From Adineta vaga (lineage: Eukaryota > Animalia > Rotifera), in contig CP075493.1 of assembly GCA_021613535.1 (NCBI GenBank), forward strand, positions 4,154,001 through 4,218,000: a stretch of 64,000 nucleotides of DNA, read 5' to 3'. The notes under the pieces were generated by a model that saw only the letters and a program-made list of their open reading frames with translations, was not told the DNA's origin and made no database searches. The translations under genes and the position numbers were made by a program. Below, one piece after another: positions 24,061-36,682 of the stretch (position 1 is the stretch's first letter; every line of letters begins with the position of its first letter).

Positions 24061-25068
24061 ATGGATTTCATTATGAATACAACCAAAATCTACGTCTTAG
24101 AAAATATTATCAATAAACTTAATTTATATCTTTCATTAATAATTCTAATCTTTGGTACAACAGGAAATGTTTTAAATTGTTTCGTTTTATCTCGACGTAC
24201 ACTTCGAACAAATCCATGTGCACGTTATTTTCTATTTTCATCAATTGTGGATATAATTTCAATTTCATTTGGTCTTATTACACGTATATTTGCTAGTTGG
24301 CAACTTGATCCAACAAGTACCAATAATTATTTATGTAAACTACGAGCTTTTATTGTATTTACATCACGTACAATGGGTATATGGTTAATTATGTTTGCTT
24401 CAATTGATCGATGGTTTTTATCATCACGAAAATATCATTTACGACGTTTAAGTAATTTAAAAACAGTTCAATCTGGAATTATTTTTTGTTTTCTTATATC
24501 AATTTGTTCATATATTCATATGTTCTTCTGTTATGAAGCAAATCTTATTCATACACCATTAAAATGTTATGGAAAAAATACTTTATGTTGTTTAGTAACT
24601 GATTCAATTTATGCATTGATTACAATACTTATTCCTTCAATAATCATGATTGTTTTTAGTTTAATGATTATATATAATATTCATCATTTACGTAAACGAA
24701 TACAAAATACAACCATTTTTTCGATTGGTATACCATTACGAAAACGAGATATAAGAATACGACGAACAGATTATCATTTACTTCGATTATTATTAGTTCA
24801 AGCTTTACTTTTAGTTATTTTTTGTACACCACAAGCAATACAAAAGTTTTATATTACATTTCAATCAATTGATTCGTATGATAATTGGAAAACTGTTTTC
24901 CATAGTTTTCTCTATAATATCGAAGTTTTATTAGCTTTTATGGCGAGTGCAATGCCATTTTATTTATATACTTTAGCTGATCGTTCGATTTTTCGACGAG
25001 AATTTTTTGCTTTAGCAAGAACATTATATCAAAAACTGATCTGTAAAAGAAAACTAAATCTTGTTTGA
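24061..25068 (+). CDS. Orphan rhodopsin-type GPCR
   Basis: Single exon, 335 aa; 'FGTTGNVLN', 'LRTNPC', 'ASIDRW', 'PFYLYTL'. Confidence 0.9.
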   Translation: MDFIMNTTKIYVLENIINKLNLYLSLIILIFGTTGNVLNCFVLSRRTLRTNPCARYFLFSSIVDIISISFGLITRIFASWQLDPTSTNNYLCKLRAFIVFTSRTMGIWLIMFASIDRWFLSSRKYHLRRLSNLKTVQSGIIFCFLISICSYIHMFFCYEANLIHTPLKCYGKNTLCCLVTDSIYALITILIPSIIMIVFSLMIIYNIHHLRKRIQNTTIFSIGIPLRKRDIRIRRTDYHLLRLLLVQALLLVIFCTPQAIQKFYITFQSIDSYDNWKTVFHSFLYNIEVLLAFMASAMPFYLYTLADRSIFRREFFALARTLYQKLICKRKLNLV

Positions 25069-25171
25069 ATTATTCATTTTCGAAAAATTTATAATTATAT
25101 GGAATAAAAAATGAAAATATAGAAATATAAGTTCATGTCGATTTGGCATTGTTCTTCATTACTTTCCATCA

Positions 25172-28100
25172 TCAATCTAAATATCATCTGACAATTATTA
25201 GTAAACTGAAATATGATTTACATACCATCTCGTTCTGAATCAACAGTAGAATGCCATGGTCTTGTTCCAACAGTTGAATGAACGTTAGTTGTTCTTGGCG
25301 GTTCTGCCTCACCAAAAAGGTCTTCATATAATGTTTTTCTTGTTGTATGTTGATCGTTTGATTCTTTTTTAGGATAAACTGCACTCGATAATGGTCGTCG
25401 ATTTCCAGTATCATCATCGCGTATTGTAGATGAGAATAATCGATTGACTGTTTCGTTTCTATTTGTTTCTTGTTTACTTTGACGTTCCGATGAGTGAGAA
25501 GATTTTCTCGAATGATTGGATAGAGATCTTCTTGGACTATCGAAAAGACTTTTTCTTTCAATTGGTTTTCGTGGTGAATGATCATCGCCGTCATCACCGA
25601 AAAGCTTCGGTTTTTGTCTTGCAGTTGATGTACGCTTTTTGTTTTCATCATCAGAAGATTCAGATTTGTCTGAAGAGCTTATCTGTGGTTTTCGTTGATA
25701 ATTGAGAGGGCTCTTCTTTCCAGTTGATATCGGTGGTAACCGAGCGTCTTGATTATTTTCGATTTCTTTTTCGTCACTATAATCGGTGCTGTATGAAAGT
25801 GTCGATGATGATTTCTTGGATGCATCATTCATTCTTTCTTTTCCGTTTGTTAACTCATTGTTAGTATCATTATCAGATGAGTCAGATGTCATTTGCTTGT
25901 TTTGAATATCGCTCTTTTTTGAAGAACGATCACTTTGTGCCTCGTCAAAAAAATCAAATCGTAGCTGACCTGTTGGCGATGACTTCTTTGAATGATCATT
26001 CGTGTTGTTTCTCCCACTAGTTGAATGATTCTCATCATCTGAAGATTCAACTTTTCGCAGATTGCTTTGAACACTCGTCTTTTCGCGTACAATTTTTCGT
26101 GATCGATCATCTTCATCGTCGGATAAACGGAATTTCTCTTGAATAACCGGTGCCGATTTCATCAATAAGGCGAGAGCATTGCTTTTCTCATTAGTTGAAT
26201 GCTTCTTCTTATCATCATCATCATCTTCAGAAGATTTAAGTTTTCTTGTACTACTATGAATATTGGCCTTTTTCGATCCGATTTTTGTCGTTGCAGTTCT
26301 TCGTTCTTCTTCAGAAGAATATACATCTTTTTGCAGTTTTGGTGGTGATATTCTTGCATAACTAAGATTATTAGTCTTTCTCGTTGCTGTACCAGACGAT
26401 TGATCACTATCGTCATATGTAGAATGTGAAATCTTCTTTGACATAGCTTTCGATGGTTTTTCTTTATGATCAAACGTCGTACCAGTTGTCTCAGTTGGTA
26501 CATGCGTTTTATGATTGCTCTTCTCGTTGTCTTTAAAAATAACTTGTTTTGGTATTGGTGATGAACGTTGGCTTCGATCTTTTAGAAGAAGAAAAAGTAA
26601 AGATCTGTTTACGATCATGAATAAATGATATTCTATTACCGGTTGAATTTGAATCAGAAATATGTGGTTGACCCTACATTTCATTAAATATAAATTTAGT
26701 TATAGAAAAAAAAATTGTGATTGTTAATCATTTACATGTCGAAGTTTTGTTGTTGACGGTTCGTTATCTTTAGAACCTTCAAAATCTGATGAATAATTAT
26801 CACCATCATTAGTAGTTTTTGTTCTTAGATTACTTCCATTTTTTTTATGATCAGTCTAAAATAAATTAAAAGAAATGATCATGCTTTACTTAAATTAAAC
26901 TTACATGTAGACTTCGATCAACGGCAGTTACTGGTCTCTTTGTTTTTTCTAAGAACAATAACAAACATTATGTTATTTATAGATATATTCATTTTTTCAA
27001 TACCATCCGAATGCGATGATGATAATGAACCAGATAAGACTGGAGAACGACGTCGAGGTGTGATCGAACCACTTGATGAACTTGATGTACTCTTCTTTCT
27101 ACGAGCTTTCGATTGTTTTCCTGCTGAAGAATGAGGTACAACTGATTTTTCATAACGCTGTCGACCAGAAGTCGATGGCAGATTAAGCTTGCGCGACTTC
27201 TTTTTCTCACGTTCATATTGACAACTGAAACAGAAAAAATCCTAAATATTACTTATCGAATTGAATCAAAAGAAAAACAATAGATAACCTTAAACATGGT
27301 GTCACTTTTTGTACATTATAAATACCAAATAGACCATGTTTTCCATCCAATGGTACATTACATTTATGCTTATATTCACAACAAACAGATATTCGACTTT
27401 TCACAAGACCATTAACGTATAAAGCTAATGCAAATGGATAACCTTGATGACGACGAGATTCAAATGTAAAGATTTCTAAATGAAAAGATTAGATAGAAGA
27501 AAGGACAAAAAAGATGATTGTACCATTCGGTTTCACGTGACCACGGAAAACAGTGAGATTTTCTCCACCACAATGCTGTTGTGAAACTAAGATTTCATCA
27601 CCATCTGGTTTAAACCAACAATTATCATAATCAAAATTATTCTGTGGTCCATAATAAATCATTGATACTCGACAACGTTGTTTGATGGGTGACTATACAT
27701 TAGAAAAAAAAAGACAAGAGCAATATTGAAATAGGATTCGTTCATTTTATTTTACTTTCACTCTTGTTGGATTAGAAGTAGCTGATTTTATTGAATCATT
27801 TGATCGTTGATAAGCAGATTTTGCACGGTTAGTAGAACGTTGTTTATTCACCTGATAAACGCAAAAAATATTTTCCCTCTAATTTCAACATATTTATAGT
27901 TAAACTAACTGCTGATCGTGAACGACGAGTACTTGATGAATCTCCTCGACCATGTTGTTGGGTTTGTTTTGAACTCTATTCAACATTTTAATGAATTCAA
28001 CAACATCATACATGTTTTTATGAACAAACTTTATCCTTTTGATTTCGAGATCGTTTCGGTGAGAAATTAACACGACTACGATTATTTCTTTCATCATAAC

Positions 28101-28452
28101 TTGGTTCATTTTCTCTTCCATTATAACTTAAACATCAAACGATCACAAAAAACTTATTCAACAAATACTTTCTGTTTACTAATCATCCGCAACTTGTTGT
28201 TGAGTTACACGTCGTGCACGTGCAATTTGTTCGACTGACGGTGGCAAAATATCACCATGACGATTGATCTAAATACATACTTATTTGATTGAACGGAATA
28301 CAAACGAATCTTACTAATCCAGCACTGATTAAATACCGACGAATACGTCGATCTTGAAAATATTTATTAAACATCGCACTTGTTTGTCTACAATTTCTTA
28401 TAGATAAAATAAAAAAAAAAATATATATATAAACTTACCGTAAATCTGTCAT
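25172..28452 (-). CDS. ERICH3-like protein (DUF4590 domain + long S/D/K/R-rich disordered tail), multi-exon; 3' end approximate
   Basis: Exons at 27.3-27.7 kb encode 'VSMIYYG...DEILVSQQHCGGENLTVFRG...FTFESRRHQGYPFALALYVNG...RISVCCEYKHK...GLFGI...PC', the DUF4590 signature. N-terminus has 'YFQDRRIRRYLISAGLI.R.G'. ATG at 28452. Confidence 0.8.
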
Positions 28453-28788
28453 CGTAGTTTGTGTATTGATTGTGAAGTTACAAAAAAACACAATTTTTTT
28501 TCTACTTCTATTAAAAAAAACGATTTAGTGTCGTTCTCTTTCTTCCTACAGGGTTGCACATCGTCAACAAAAAAAGAGAAGAAATTGTGGGAGAAAATTT
28601 TCTTGATTTGTGTGCATAACAATCGATAAGCAATAGCAACAACTGAAATTTCTCGAATTGAAGAGATTTATTTTTTGTTTAGAAAAGAGTATTTCAAAAC
28701 ATGGTTTTGTTCAATAAAAATGAATTATTTCTATTCGAAAACAATTGCTTTGAGTGTTTATGCAATTGAAAATTCAAAACAAAACGTT

Positions 28789-30162
28789 TCATAACGATTT
28801 TATTTTAAAACATGGCGGTGGAGGTTGAGTATTTCCTTGTGCTATGCCTTCAACACCTTCACATGCATAATATTGATCACCCCATGGACGTAAACCAGGT
28901 TTATTAACAAAAACATTATCAAATAAAATATTTAACATAGGATTAGATGAATTACCAAGAATAACACCAGGACTTAATTGAGGACCATTGAGTGTAACAT
29001 TTCGTAGAATAATATTATTCCATGTAATACCAATTGGAATTGGACATGGTGTTTTAGGTACAAAAGGCCATAGTAATGAACAGGCATCTTTATATCCAGC
29101 TTGTTGTGGACCAATCCATATTGACCATTGTGAAGCATTGTTAATTAAAATATTTTCATAAGTCACATTAGTTATTTCACCTGTATGTCCAGGTTGTCCT
29201 GGTCGAGATTTCAAATAAATACCTTTAAAAGTATTGTACATTGTACAATCACGAAATGTTATATTTCGTACACATGTATGTGTTGCTGATGGTCCAATTG
29301 AGCCAATGGTTAAACCAACACCAGATGCATTAATACGTTCGAAAAGCATATTTTCACTACAAGATGAACGAAAACTACTTGAACTTTGTTCTTTAACAGC
29401 TATACAATCATCATCATTCCAAATATTACAATCATGTATCCATACATTTGCTCCAGCAACATCAAATCCATCAGTATTGAATGCTTGCATTTCATTATGA
29501 TCATGATATTGTACATCGGGATGAACACGTGCATCAACATCTGTATATCGTATTTCTAAATTAGCAATATCATTAGCAAGAAATGTCCAATAAGGTGAAT
29601 TTTTTAATAGAATATTTTCTACCAAAAGATTTGTTGAATTATAAATTGATAATAAACGTGGTCGATTTTCACCGATTAATAAATATTCTATTAAACCCCA
29701 CCAATTCGCACCTGAACCATCAATAACACCTTTCTTTCCGCCGGGTAATGAACTTGTAAATTTGACATAATTTAATTGTTCAAAAAAGAAACATTCATAT
29801 ACTTGGTGTGTTTGAGGATCTCGTGGCCATACTGTCTGATTGTCGGAAAATTTTAACATACCATCAATTTGAAAAGTAACATTAACTAAACCACGAGCAT
29901 ATATTCCACCCATTAACCAAAATGTTCGATCCGATGGTATTAATAATGTATCACCACTTTGTAATGATGCAAATGTTTGGTTAAGAAGATGCGCATTTGC
30001 CCAACAAACATCCAATGAACTATTTCCAGCAATACCACCAATAGTTTCAAAATTAATTATTCGATTATTATGTATAAAATAATCATGATTGATAACAAAT
30101 GTAGAAAGATGTCCAATTAAACTGAAAACTAAACCAAAATGAAGAATAAACATCATCAACAT
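28789..30162 (-). CDS. Secreted glycoside hydrolase family 28 (polygalacturonase-like); HGT candidate
   Basis: Intronless 457 aa with signal peptide; 'IDGSG..WW', 'RPRL', 'NSPYWT', 'NTDGFD', 'NDDDCIAVK', 'GLTIGS', 'GIYLKS'. Confidence 0.92.
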   Translation of the reverse strand: MLMMFILHFGLVFSLIGHLSTFVINHDYFIHNNRIINFETIGGIAGNSSLDVCWANAHLLNQTFASLQSGDTLLIPSDRTFWLMGGIYARGLVNVTFQIDGMLKFSDNQTVWPRDPQTHQVYECFFFEQLNYVKFTSSLPGGKKGVIDGSGANWWGLIEYLLIGENRPRLLSIYNSTNLLVENILLKNSPYWTFLANDIANLEIRYTDVDARVHPDVQYHDHNEMQAFNTDGFDVAGANVWIHDCNIWNDDDCIAVKEQSSSSFRSSCSENMLFERINASGVGLTIGSIGPSATHTCVRNITFRDCTMYNTFKGIYLKSRPGQPGHTGEITNVTYENILINNASQWSIWIGPQQAGYKDACSLLWPFVPKTPCPIPIGITWNNIILRNVTLNGPQLSPGVILGNSSNPMLNILFDNVFVNKPGLRPWGDQYYACEGVEGIAQGNTQPPPPCFKIKSL

Positions 30163-30365
30163 TTTTTTTTCTGACCACTAACACTTCATAAAATCTTCAA
30201 ATAAACAACACTTTAAAACATTAAACAAGTGATAATTCTTATCTTTCTTCTTTTGCGCTGCAATTATTTTTCTCTTTCTACTATGAAGAAGTTCGCATAT
30301 ACATACACTCTCATACATAAGTCTTATCTTTAAAAGTCATTAGTATTTATTTTTAACAAAAATAA

Positions 30366-31506
30366 TCAAACCATGGCACGTGTTTCTGTGTTAGTTTCAT
30401 GTTTTTGTTCTTCTTCTTGCAAAACTTCTGCACCTTCTTTCGTTTCATTGAATCGATAGAATGGAAAATCAAGAAAAATCCAACGTAATGGTTCAGGAAA
30501 TCTTCGATAGATGAAATTTGGTAATGGAATCAGTACAGATGTTTGTTCGACATAAGCTTTATATCTTGACCAAGCTGTTTTACAATCAGGATCTTCGTTG
30601 TCTTGTGAACGATTGGACATTAAAAAAAATTTCTTTCCAGTTGGCTTTTGAGTCAATGGTAGTCCACTAAGTCCAAGTAGAAGAAACATTGTAAACAATG
30701 GACTTAAAATACTGATCCAAAGAGCGATTTTGATTTGTTTGTTCGTAATCAAATCAGAGACAGCAACACTATTAGCAATAACAAATATGCCCCACCAAAG
30801 TAAAATTTCACCAAAATAATTCGGTGCTCGACTAAATTTCCAAAGGCCAGAATGAATAAATTGTGATTTAGGTGGTTTCGATAATCGCCAAGCAAATTTA
30901 TGGAAATCTGCAATAGTTTCCCAAAGAAATCCAATAGACCACATAATAATACCAATGATATCACGAACTCCAAATGCTGGATTTCCATCATTTTGGATTG
31001 AGAGAGAGGCTGCTGGAGAATTTAATAATGTAACTGGAAGAGAAACTGTCCAAACCCAAATAATTTGAAAAATAAAAAATCCAACCATTTTCAACGGTTG
31101 TTTTCTTTTATCATCAAAACGTGTATCTTTACCACCAGATTTAATAACACGAATTAGAAGAAATAAAGCCAATCGTATAGCCCATATCTAAAATATTACG
31201 AGAAATTTACTTTTCACATCACAATATTTACTCTTACCATAACAAATACAGACACGATAATACTACGAGTATAATATGTACCACCTAAATTCAGGGTAAC
31301 AAGAGCTAATATTAAAAAATTTGAACCACCTGCAAAATCATTGATTGTTTCATCACCAAATATTAACATAATGATAAATGCCAAAATTTCTATTTATAAA
31401 ACAAAAGTATGAATAATAATATATGCACAGTGAACTTACGATATCCAACCGTAATAATAGCAGTGATTCCAAGATAATATTCATCAAGAACATGAACTAC
31501 TGCCAT
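30366..31506 (-). CDS. DUF1295 / steroid 5-alpha-reductase-like membrane protein, fungal-type (3 exons)
   Basis: Spliced N-terminus 'MAVVHVLDEYYLGITAIITVGYQ...DFAGGSNF', plus 'KDTRFDD', 'QIIWVWTVSLPVT' and 'GLWKFSRAPNYFGEILLWWG'. Confidence 0.88.
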
Positions 31507-32170
31507 TTGTAATATATAGACAAAAAATAGATCAAAATGAATTGTAAAAATTAATGTGTAGTTGTATCATGTTAAATAGTACATCGACAAGATGGTTATA
31601 TAACATGGTAGGTGCACCACGTGCAAGGCGAAAGAGTGTTCTCTTTCTGTTCTGCTTTTATTTTGTTTATTATTTTTCTCGCTATTCTCAAAGAGAAAAT
31701 ATATGGTAGCCATTATATGCATGTCTTTTACCGTAACGTTGGTGATTAATATCTAGTATAAATATCAAAACATCAATTATTACATTGGAACTTTGAAATT
31801 CGATTCGTAGTTCTGATGAATTAGTTTATATGAGAACATCTTATGTTTAGAAAAACCAATGACTTCTGTTTTGCAGAAAACTATGTTTAATGAATATTAA
31901 AGCGATATTGGATATCGAATAAATGTCGAATGAAGCTCACAAGATTAGAAAATTAATTCTAAAATGCTTTCGAAAAATGTCATTTCCTATCTGAAGTTAC
32001 ACTAAGAAGGTGGAAGAAGAAGAACGGTAAGATAGATGAACTAGGTATTCTGATGAAATGTGATTCCGTACAAAGATTAACAGATTACCTTGAGAATACC
32101 TTGAAAGAACTATGTAGTTCATTTCTTGTTTCTCGAAAACAATCATTTCTTTTTTTCTATCATTGAAATC

Positions 32171-33163
32171 ATGTCTTCGAATGAAACAGCTGTTCATTCG
32201 TGGAATATTGCTACAATTCAATTAAATCGTTATCTCTCAATATCAATCTTTCTTTTTGGTATTGTGGGAAATATTCTTAATATTCTTGTTCTTTCTAAAC
32301 GTAATCTTCGTTCAAATCCATGTGCATCTCTATTTCTTGCTTCATCCGTGGCCAATCTTATTGCAATCTTTTCCGGTCTTTTTACTCGAACAACATCGGG
32401 ATGGACAGCTGATTTAACAAATACAATCACATGGCTTTGTCAACTTCGTACTTTTGTTGTATTTGCTTCACGAACAATTGCTTATTGTCTAATTACTTTG
32501 GCAACAATTGATCGATATTTATCATCATGTTTTAATGTTCATCGACGACAAATAAGTTCATTAAAGAATGCACAACGAGGCATGATGATTATTTCGATTT
32601 TTTCATGTCTTCTCTATGTTCAAATGTTTTATTGTTATGAAGCTAATCTTCTTGATGCTCCACTTCGATGTTACGGCAAAACAATAGCATGTCGTCTTGT
32701 TACTGATTTAACTTATGCATTCTTTGGAAATATATTTCCTTTAATAATCATGTTATGTTTTGGATTAATGACAATTGTAAATATACGTGGAACAAAACGT
32801 CGTGTACAAATTATTAATTCAAATACTTCATCAGAATCGACGATAAATAGTCCACAACAATTGAAAAAGGTGGATCATTATCTTCTTCTTATGTTATTTG
32901 TACAAGTCATTCTCTTTGCAATATTTACTTTACCACAAAATATTCAGAAATTTATTGGTTTAGCTACTGCATCTGAAACAAAATCAGCATTGGAAACTGC
33001 TAAAGAAAATTTTATGTTTAATTTCTTTTTACTCTTTGCTTATTTAGCGAATGGAATGACATTCTATATTTATACACTCTTCGGCGGAAGTATTTTCCGT
33101 AATGAATTAATCAAATTGACTCGCGGAAATTGTCAACGAATCGTTAATCTATTTAAAAATTAA
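32171..33163 (+). CDS. Orphan rhodopsin-type GPCR, paralog of 24061-25068
   Basis: Single exon; 'LRSNPC', 'ATIDRY', and shared 'MFYCYEANL..APLRCYGK...C.LVTD'. Confidence 0.9.
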   Translation: MSSNETAVHSWNIATIQLNRYLSISIFLFGIVGNILNILVLSKRNLRSNPCASLFLASSVANLIAIFSGLFTRTTSGWTADLTNTITWLCQLRTFVVFASRTIAYCLITLATIDRYLSSCFNVHRRQISSLKNAQRGMMIISIFSCLLYVQMFYCYEANLLDAPLRCYGKTIACRLVTDLTYAFFGNIFPLIIMLCFGLMTIVNIRGTKRRVQIINSNTSSESTINSPQQLKKVDHYLLLMLFVQVILFAIFTLPQNIQKFIGLATASETKSALETAKENFMFNFFLLFAYLANGMTFYIYTLFGGSIFRNELIKLTRGNCQRIVNLFKN

Positions 33164-33671
33164 GTTTCCTTCGAGATATTCGATGAAGAAGGAGATTATG
33201 ATATCAAATAGAAATAATGAAGAAATGAATACTTGTTTATGATGTTGTCAACATATTTTAATAAAAAGAAACTAAAAACGAGGTGAATATTTGTCTGTAA
33301 GAGTGAACAGATAAGGGGAGAGGGTGCACAATCTCTTGATTTAAACTTATACTCAATTATCATTATTTGCAATCTATTATCGAAAAGAATAATGAACAAA
33401 ATGTCAAATATTTTTCTATATCTATGTTGATGTATATATGTAAATCAAAATAGACACATACTACTCCTTCTTCTAATAGAAAATCCAACTTATGAAAACT
33501 GCCAGATATTGATTAAAAAAAATGAGATCATACTTTTTTTTGATAATATTTATTGTTATGAAGAAACATGAATGCACAAAATATTTATCAAATTTGTACA
33601 ATTTGTCTCAATAATTCAATGTTCAATATTCACTGAAAAACAAAACAGTGAAAATATCGAAAAAGCAATAA

Positions 33672-34625
33672 TCAATTCGATAACTTCTTAACGTATTGTG
33701 CAACAGAAAAGCCGATAGCAAAACCTTTTGTCCTATCTATATCCAGATTAATTTGACTAGTATTGTGTGTAAGATTCCTTGCTGTAAAACTTCCCGTGTT
33801 ATTTACGATATAAATTTGATTTGTTTTAGTACAATCTAGCATACCAATACCTAAATATTTTCCGAGAGATACTGGTACTGCATACAAAGGAATTGGAATA
33901 ATTTGCCATTCTGTCGTATTTCGTTGCGGTTCAACTGGGTAACGATGAACACGATTCATCAAAGAGCTAAAACTTGTTTCTGGAATGAATATGTAAAGTG
34001 ATGCATTACCTTCCCAGTTAGTAAAAAGACGTAAATGTAACTGGCTGATATACCCATTAATATCAATCAATTGAAGGATATTTATATGAATAGAATTTCC
34101 AAGTGATTCGCCATACCGTGTTTCATATGGCAAATGATTCGGTAAACTATAGTTCTTATCTTATAAAAAAAAAGAAACAATTATATTTTATTTAAAAAAA
34201 AAGATGCTTCAGAAACAATTTACATTTTCTTTTGTCATTGGATAGAGTCTTTGTTGATATTATTGGTGAAGAAGTTGTCATATCTTAATAAAATATATGT
34301 ACGATCAAACAAAGTTTTATCTATGATCTTGAGTGACTTCTTACTTTTGGTTCCATTTCTTATTGATATTGTATTTTGATCTGATGCTACACAAACTCAG
34401 TATCACTCGTTTTATTCGATTCAATCATTAACTTACATCGTTTTGTTAACATGATTATTAAGTTGATATATAATGCTACGCAAATAATTGCCATAATCAC
34501 ACCTGATATAATCAATTGTCGATCATGATCACCACTATTAAATATGAGAGATTATTGTTGAAAAGAAAAGTTTAATGAGAGAAAATTCACCATGCGTGAA
34601 CAAGATATTTTAACCGAGGAAACAT
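33672..34625 (-). CDS. Unknown type-II membrane protein (paralog A), several micro-exons
   Basis: ATG 34625; TM-coding exon 'LIISGVIMAIICVALYINLIIML'; short exons; terminal exon 'HLRLFTNWEGNASLYIFI...HRYPVEPQRNTTEWQIIPIP'. Confidence 0.7.
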
Positions 34626-35043
34626 ATGATATCTTTATACAAAGACTATCTCAGTTTTCGAAAAATTCTATAAGTTATGTTGAAAGAAATGGAGAAAGAA
34701 AATGTCGCAAAAATCTCAGATTTGTCTGTATCATTAAAACAACACTAGATGATAACTAATTGTCGATACAAGAACAGATTGGCCGGAATCAATGGCATTT
34801 TTGAGAATATAATCTATATGATTTTGGCATAATCATTGACATATGTGAAAATAACGGCATGAAAGAATTATTCTATGATTAAATATCAATTTAAAAACTA
34901 GTTCTATATAAATTATATGAACGTCATCGACTTCAAATTCATAATTATACTTTTCGAATCAATTTTATTAGAATGAAAATAAGAACAACTAAATTATAAA
35001 TATTTTTATAAGGAATAAAATATTTTGTTCAACAATAGAAATG

Positions 35044-35875
35044 TTATGTTCTATTATGAGCAATAGTAAAACCGAATGCAACACTTTTAGTAAAATCAGG
35101 TAGTGAAAGTGCATGTGTTGTATTTTTTGTTATATCCATTGCACCGAAACCTATTGTTTTTCTTATTCCATAAATTTGATTTGTTTCACTTTCATCTTGC
35201 ATACCAACACCTACTAAATTGTGCTGATTTATTGGTAAAATATTTGCAGGAATAGAAATAACTTGCCATTCGGTTGTATTTCGTCGTGGTTCAACTGGAT
35301 ACCGGTGTATAATTTCCAGTGGAAAGCCTGAGATGATAATAAATATATAGAGCGGTGCATTCCCATACCAATAAGTAAACAAACGTATATACAGATGACT
35401 AACATATCCATGAGCAAGACTGAATATATTAGGATTTGTATAAAGAGCATGACCAAGTGAGCGACCAGATGATATATCATATTCTACCGTGTCTGGTAGA
35501 GTGTAGTTTTTGTCTAAAATCAGATATATTGATAAAATGTTTTGACAATGAAAAGTGAATAACTTACATTCTATCTCGATGTTACTTGATGTGTCGTTTA
35601 TTATTGGTTTTAAATCAGATTGAATACCTTTTTCAAGAAAATATGATGTCTGATTACGAATATCCAATGATAAACTTACGATTAAAATGTTTCGAGAGCC
35701 ATACGGCTGTGCCAATTAAAACCGCAAAACAAATAATCGCTATAATGATTCCTAAAAGTCGCCATTTTCGATTTCCTCGTACTCTAAAAATCATGCATGA
35801 AAACGATTTCTAATAGTTATTTTTGTCAAATCACAATTACCTGATACGAATAAATTCTTCTGATCGATTATCCAT
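35044..35875 (-). CDS. Unknown type-II membrane protein (paralog B)
   Basis: ATG 35875; TM exon 'LLGIIIAIICFAVLIGTAVWL'; terminal exon 'HLYIRLFTYWYGNAPLYIFI...HRYPVEPRRNTTEWQVISIP'. Confidence 0.7.
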
Positions 35876-36682
35876 TGATGAAAGATTGTAGTTTATATGA
35901 GAGAATAAAATTCTAACTGACAATTAAGTGTTTTTCATTATAACAGATTGAATAAGATAACTATTAGATAAAAACAAAACAGAGAAAATTATAAAAAATG
36001 TTTTTTTCCAGCTGTATTTGATATTGAATTAGAAAACTAAATATTATGTTTTCTCCTAATCAATAGCTAGTTTGAGAGATAACATCCAGAATCTAATTAA
36101 CAAATGGTTATAAAAACACTTCCTTTTAGAGGAGAAATCCATTCGTTTTCATATGTATTGATACAATATGTTTTATATAGATATTTTTTTACATTTTTAG
36201 AAATATCAGATTGCACGTGCAATTTTAATCGGCTTCCATTGGTTATACTCACATAAAAATCATCTATTTACTCTCTGAATACTAACGTTAGATAAAGACA
36301 ATGTACTTAGTTGTTTTCATTAAAAAATATATTGACTTAATCTTTTATTGTTACCAAATGTGACATTGATATTCATTTTTTTTCTTGTATGTTTATGATT
36401 CCATCACGTTCGTTATCTGATGAATATGAAATGATTATATTATTTGTTAATCATGCTTTCGACATCTGTAAATATGAAATCGTTTGTCATCTATACGTTG
36501 ATCTTGTTTCTTTTTAAACTAACATGTCAAATGAGAATAAAGAACTTTTATAGAATTCAAATATTATAATCTTCCTCTATAAACTTACGTATAAAAGAAT
36601 CAAGAATTGCATGAGAATTTGACTTTCTATTATTTCTTTATTTTCATTTAATGCAGCAATAAAATTTATTTATGTTTGAAAT

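Noticed and set aside
25218-26684. Long low-complexity ORF as a separate gene or LEA-like protein
   Set aside because: It splices to the upstream DUF4590 exons and is S/D/K/R-rich without LEA 11-mer periodicity.
28789-30162. Bacterial contamination as the source of the foreign-looking genes
   Set aside because: They share the AT-rich composition and are interleaved with intron-containing metazoan genes, and some carry spliceosomal introns themselves.
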